A DNA stretch of 63,870 bases, counting the filler, from Craspedostauros australis (taxonomy: Eukaryota), in the NCBI GenBank assembly GCA_030167865.1. It is 11 parts of 11 records of this genome, joined end to end, with 100 filler letters (N's around TTAATTAATTAA, not from the genome) between each part and the next. Parts side by side here need not be neighbours in the genome. Positions count along the whole stretch, not along the records: positions 61,126 to 62,730 come from JALAGF010002090.1; positions 62,831 to 63,870 come from JALAGF010002114.1; 9 more parts are not named here. The stretch is one strand, 5' to 3'. The position numbers and the translations under genes are program-made. A model generated the notes under the pieces. The model was not told the origin of the DNA. It saw only the letters and a list, made by a program, of their open reading frames with translations, and did no database searches. Positions 61,698-63,870 of the stretch are shown here, piece by piece. Every line of letters begins with the position of its first letter. The first letter of the stretch is position 1.

Positions 61698-62730
61698 GAT
61701 GCTCGCTGGTGACTGTGTGAAGGTGTCATCCCACACGGACTCACGTGGCAGGGGTCATGACCTCGGTGTGTGCCATGTCCAGTCGCTGATGAAGCTGACT
61801 GTTGAAGGTGCTACGATCAAACGTGATGGGCCTCTCGCACCAGGAGAGGTGGAGATGGTCATGGTGACCCCAGTGATGTCCAGAGGGCACATGTACATCG
61901 TTCGTGAGGATCTGTGCGCACCACACAGCCTCGCTACCTTCGCACGGACTCCAAACGCTGGTGGCCTTGCTAAGCCTTCCCTCCTTTCTCCTCAGCATCG
62001 CTCTGTCGCTGTTGCGCGTATCAACAACAAGGCTGAGCCCCCAACACCATCCCCCACTACCACNGAATCGCAAGAAGCCAAAATCGCAGCTTTTCTCGAG
62101 GTCTCGCGGCAGCAGAAGGCAACAGCAATCGCCCGTCTCAACAAGCAGATGAAGAGAGGCGCGAAACCAAAAGGATGGTTGCGAAAGGATGGAGGGCGTA
62201 GCAACACTAACACCACCAATAGCAAGAAACAACTTGATGCGCAAGAAAAGCACAACTACGTCGTTCTCTACTTCAATTTGGGTGGGATCCCAGCCAACAC
62301 GAAATTGATCGCCCACGCTTGGGATATTGGTGCCACCACTGTTGCAAGCAACATCAAGAAATTTCAACAGAACAACCTGGAACGGAAGAAGCACAGCGAC
62401 GCGGGCAACACCATCTTCACCTGCCCCAAGAAGCAACAGCAATACTTCACGCCGCGTGCCATCTTCGCAAAGCAAATGCGGCTTAAACATCCAAGACAAC
62501 GGTTGACAACTGATGACATCTCTGATGCCTTTGACCATGCTTCGCCTGAAGAGCTGGCATCCGCGAAATCCCTGTCTGATTCGTGGTTGGAGCGTGGTCC
62601 CTTCCTGCAAGTTGAGCTCCAGGATGTGTTGCGACGATGCAATGGTGCAATCTCGTGGGACGATGTTGCACGCGAACTAGCAGGAAACGGCAACGTCCAA
62701 TGCGTCTGCAAAGACACCATCCGAACATAC
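61698..62730 (+). mobile_element. N-terminal part of a putative DNA-transposon (Tc1/mariner-IS630-like) transposase, truncated by the gap
   Basis: HTH-like IAHAWDIGATTVASNIKK followed by RKKHSDAG..IF, and a second HTH ISWDDVARELAG..VCKDTIR. The upstream sequence is repeated at 63552-63700. The catalytic domain is not visible. Confidence 0.45.
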
Positions 62731-62884
62731 NNNNNNNNNNNNNNNNNNNNNNNNNNNNNNNNNNNNNNNNNNNNTTAATTAATTAANNNNNNNNNNNNNN
62801 NNNNNNNNNNNNNNNNNNNNNNNNNNNNNNCCCAAAGTGTCCCTGCAGTGAAAAAGAACGTTGTCAAAAAACCGATTGCAATCC

Positions 62885-62918
62885 GGATGCGGTATGGATA
62901 CGGATCCATACCGCGTCC
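62885..62918. repeat. 15-bp hairpin with 4-nt loop
   Basis: ggatgcggtatggat-acgg-atccataccgcgtcc, with one G:T wobble. Confidence 0.75.
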
Positions 62919-63870
62919 TTACGATCCTTGCAGCCCATCCACATGGTCCTCGTGCATTCTCACACTCCCTGGAGACACGCTGAAGCATCCAGAATGGGCT
63001 GGGAATGTGTGCACCCAAAGATACAGCTCCATTTGGTGATGCCATTGGTTTTTGGGGGGCACCCACCAACAACGACCATTCGTCGGATATGGTAGGATGC
63101 CGCCTCTTGTAGGCCGTCTCCGCGGCGCAAACTTCGCGAGGTGAATCTTCCATTGATTTCGCACGCATCTTGTATGGGTGGCTTGGCAATTGTGTGAGTT
63201 GGCGGTGGTGCCCTCCACAGCCAAAGCCACATGATGGAAACCCCCACGACACACCGCGAAAATTGTTTGCCCTCCACCTTTTCCTCCGCGCGGACGGCTT
63301 CCCAGTCCTCCCCGAGCCTGAAACTTCGTGGGTATCTTGGTTGTGGCCTCCCGGAGCCATCCTGCGAATCCATAGGCGTTGGCGTGGGCTGTGGATGGAG
63401 TACACTGGCCATATGCAGCGAGGCAATCTGGTGCGAAATTGTGACGTTTGATCTGGGGACTGCGACGGCCCCAAATCAAGCACACTCGCGGCCCCCTCTC
63501 GTCCACCCACCAACGGTTGCATTGCGGTGACGGTGATGCGATTGGATTTGTCATTGGACTGCTGGTTGGTGCGGCGCATTGATTGCCGTTGGACGGCCAT
63601 TGTGGCGTTTTTTGGTGTTTTGCCATTGTCATGTTGTTGGTTTTTGGAGTTTGGCACTCTCAACCAGTCGGACATACTGGGGGATAAGGTAATTGCAAAC
63701 ACCTAACCAAATGCACGAAAGAAGCATGACACAAAACACTTCCGGAGTACCAATGCAACTTGACCATTCTGTCACGACGAAACGTCGCTGATGCTGCTTC
63801 ACATCGTGCTGTGATTGGTGGCTCATGACGCAGCAGCCAGTCTGGTGACGTAGATGACGGATCAGACAAG

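Noticed and set aside
1..63870. CRISPR arrays, rRNA, tRNA or prokaryotic operons
   Set aside because: None seen; the sequence is intron-containing eukaryotic DNA.

Overview
Eukaryotic nuclear DNA, almost certainly from a diatom and probably a pennate: it contains a silicon transporter, ASAFAP-type bipartite plastid presequences, CoDi-like Ty1/copia elements and GT-AG introns. The window is 11 sequence blocks joined by N-runs that contain an artificial TTAATTAATTAA six-frame-stop linker, so adjacency across the joins is not evidence of linkage. Intact or probably intact genes encode a CHD6-9-like chromatin remodeller, a sulfotransferase-like protein, a secretory-type double SET-domain protein, an ankyrin-repeat protein, an ArfGAP, an aldo-keto reductase, a secreted two-domain Cys-rich protein, a scramblase-like protein, two ELO fatty-acid elongases, divinyl (proto)chlorophyllide 8-vinyl reductase, a small plastid-targeted protein resembling cyanobacterial Psb34/Ssl1498, and a Reeler-like membrane protein. 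A SIT gene and a seipin gene are disrupted. Mobile DNA includes a near-complete copia gag-pol, a second copia gag fragment, a matching LTR end, a LINE remnant and DNA-transposon-like pieces. Most notable: (1) the copia polyprotein carries a ~360-aa cargo region (acidic spacer, CxxC..CxxC ribbon, helical domain) between the Gag knuckles and the protease, echoed in a second element; (2) that element has a palindrome/hairpin where a tRNA primer-binding site should be; (3) an ELO-DVR-Psb34-like-ELO inverted block; (4) decay of the SIT copy dominated by CpG transitions. All calls come from motif recognition by eye; no database searches were run.
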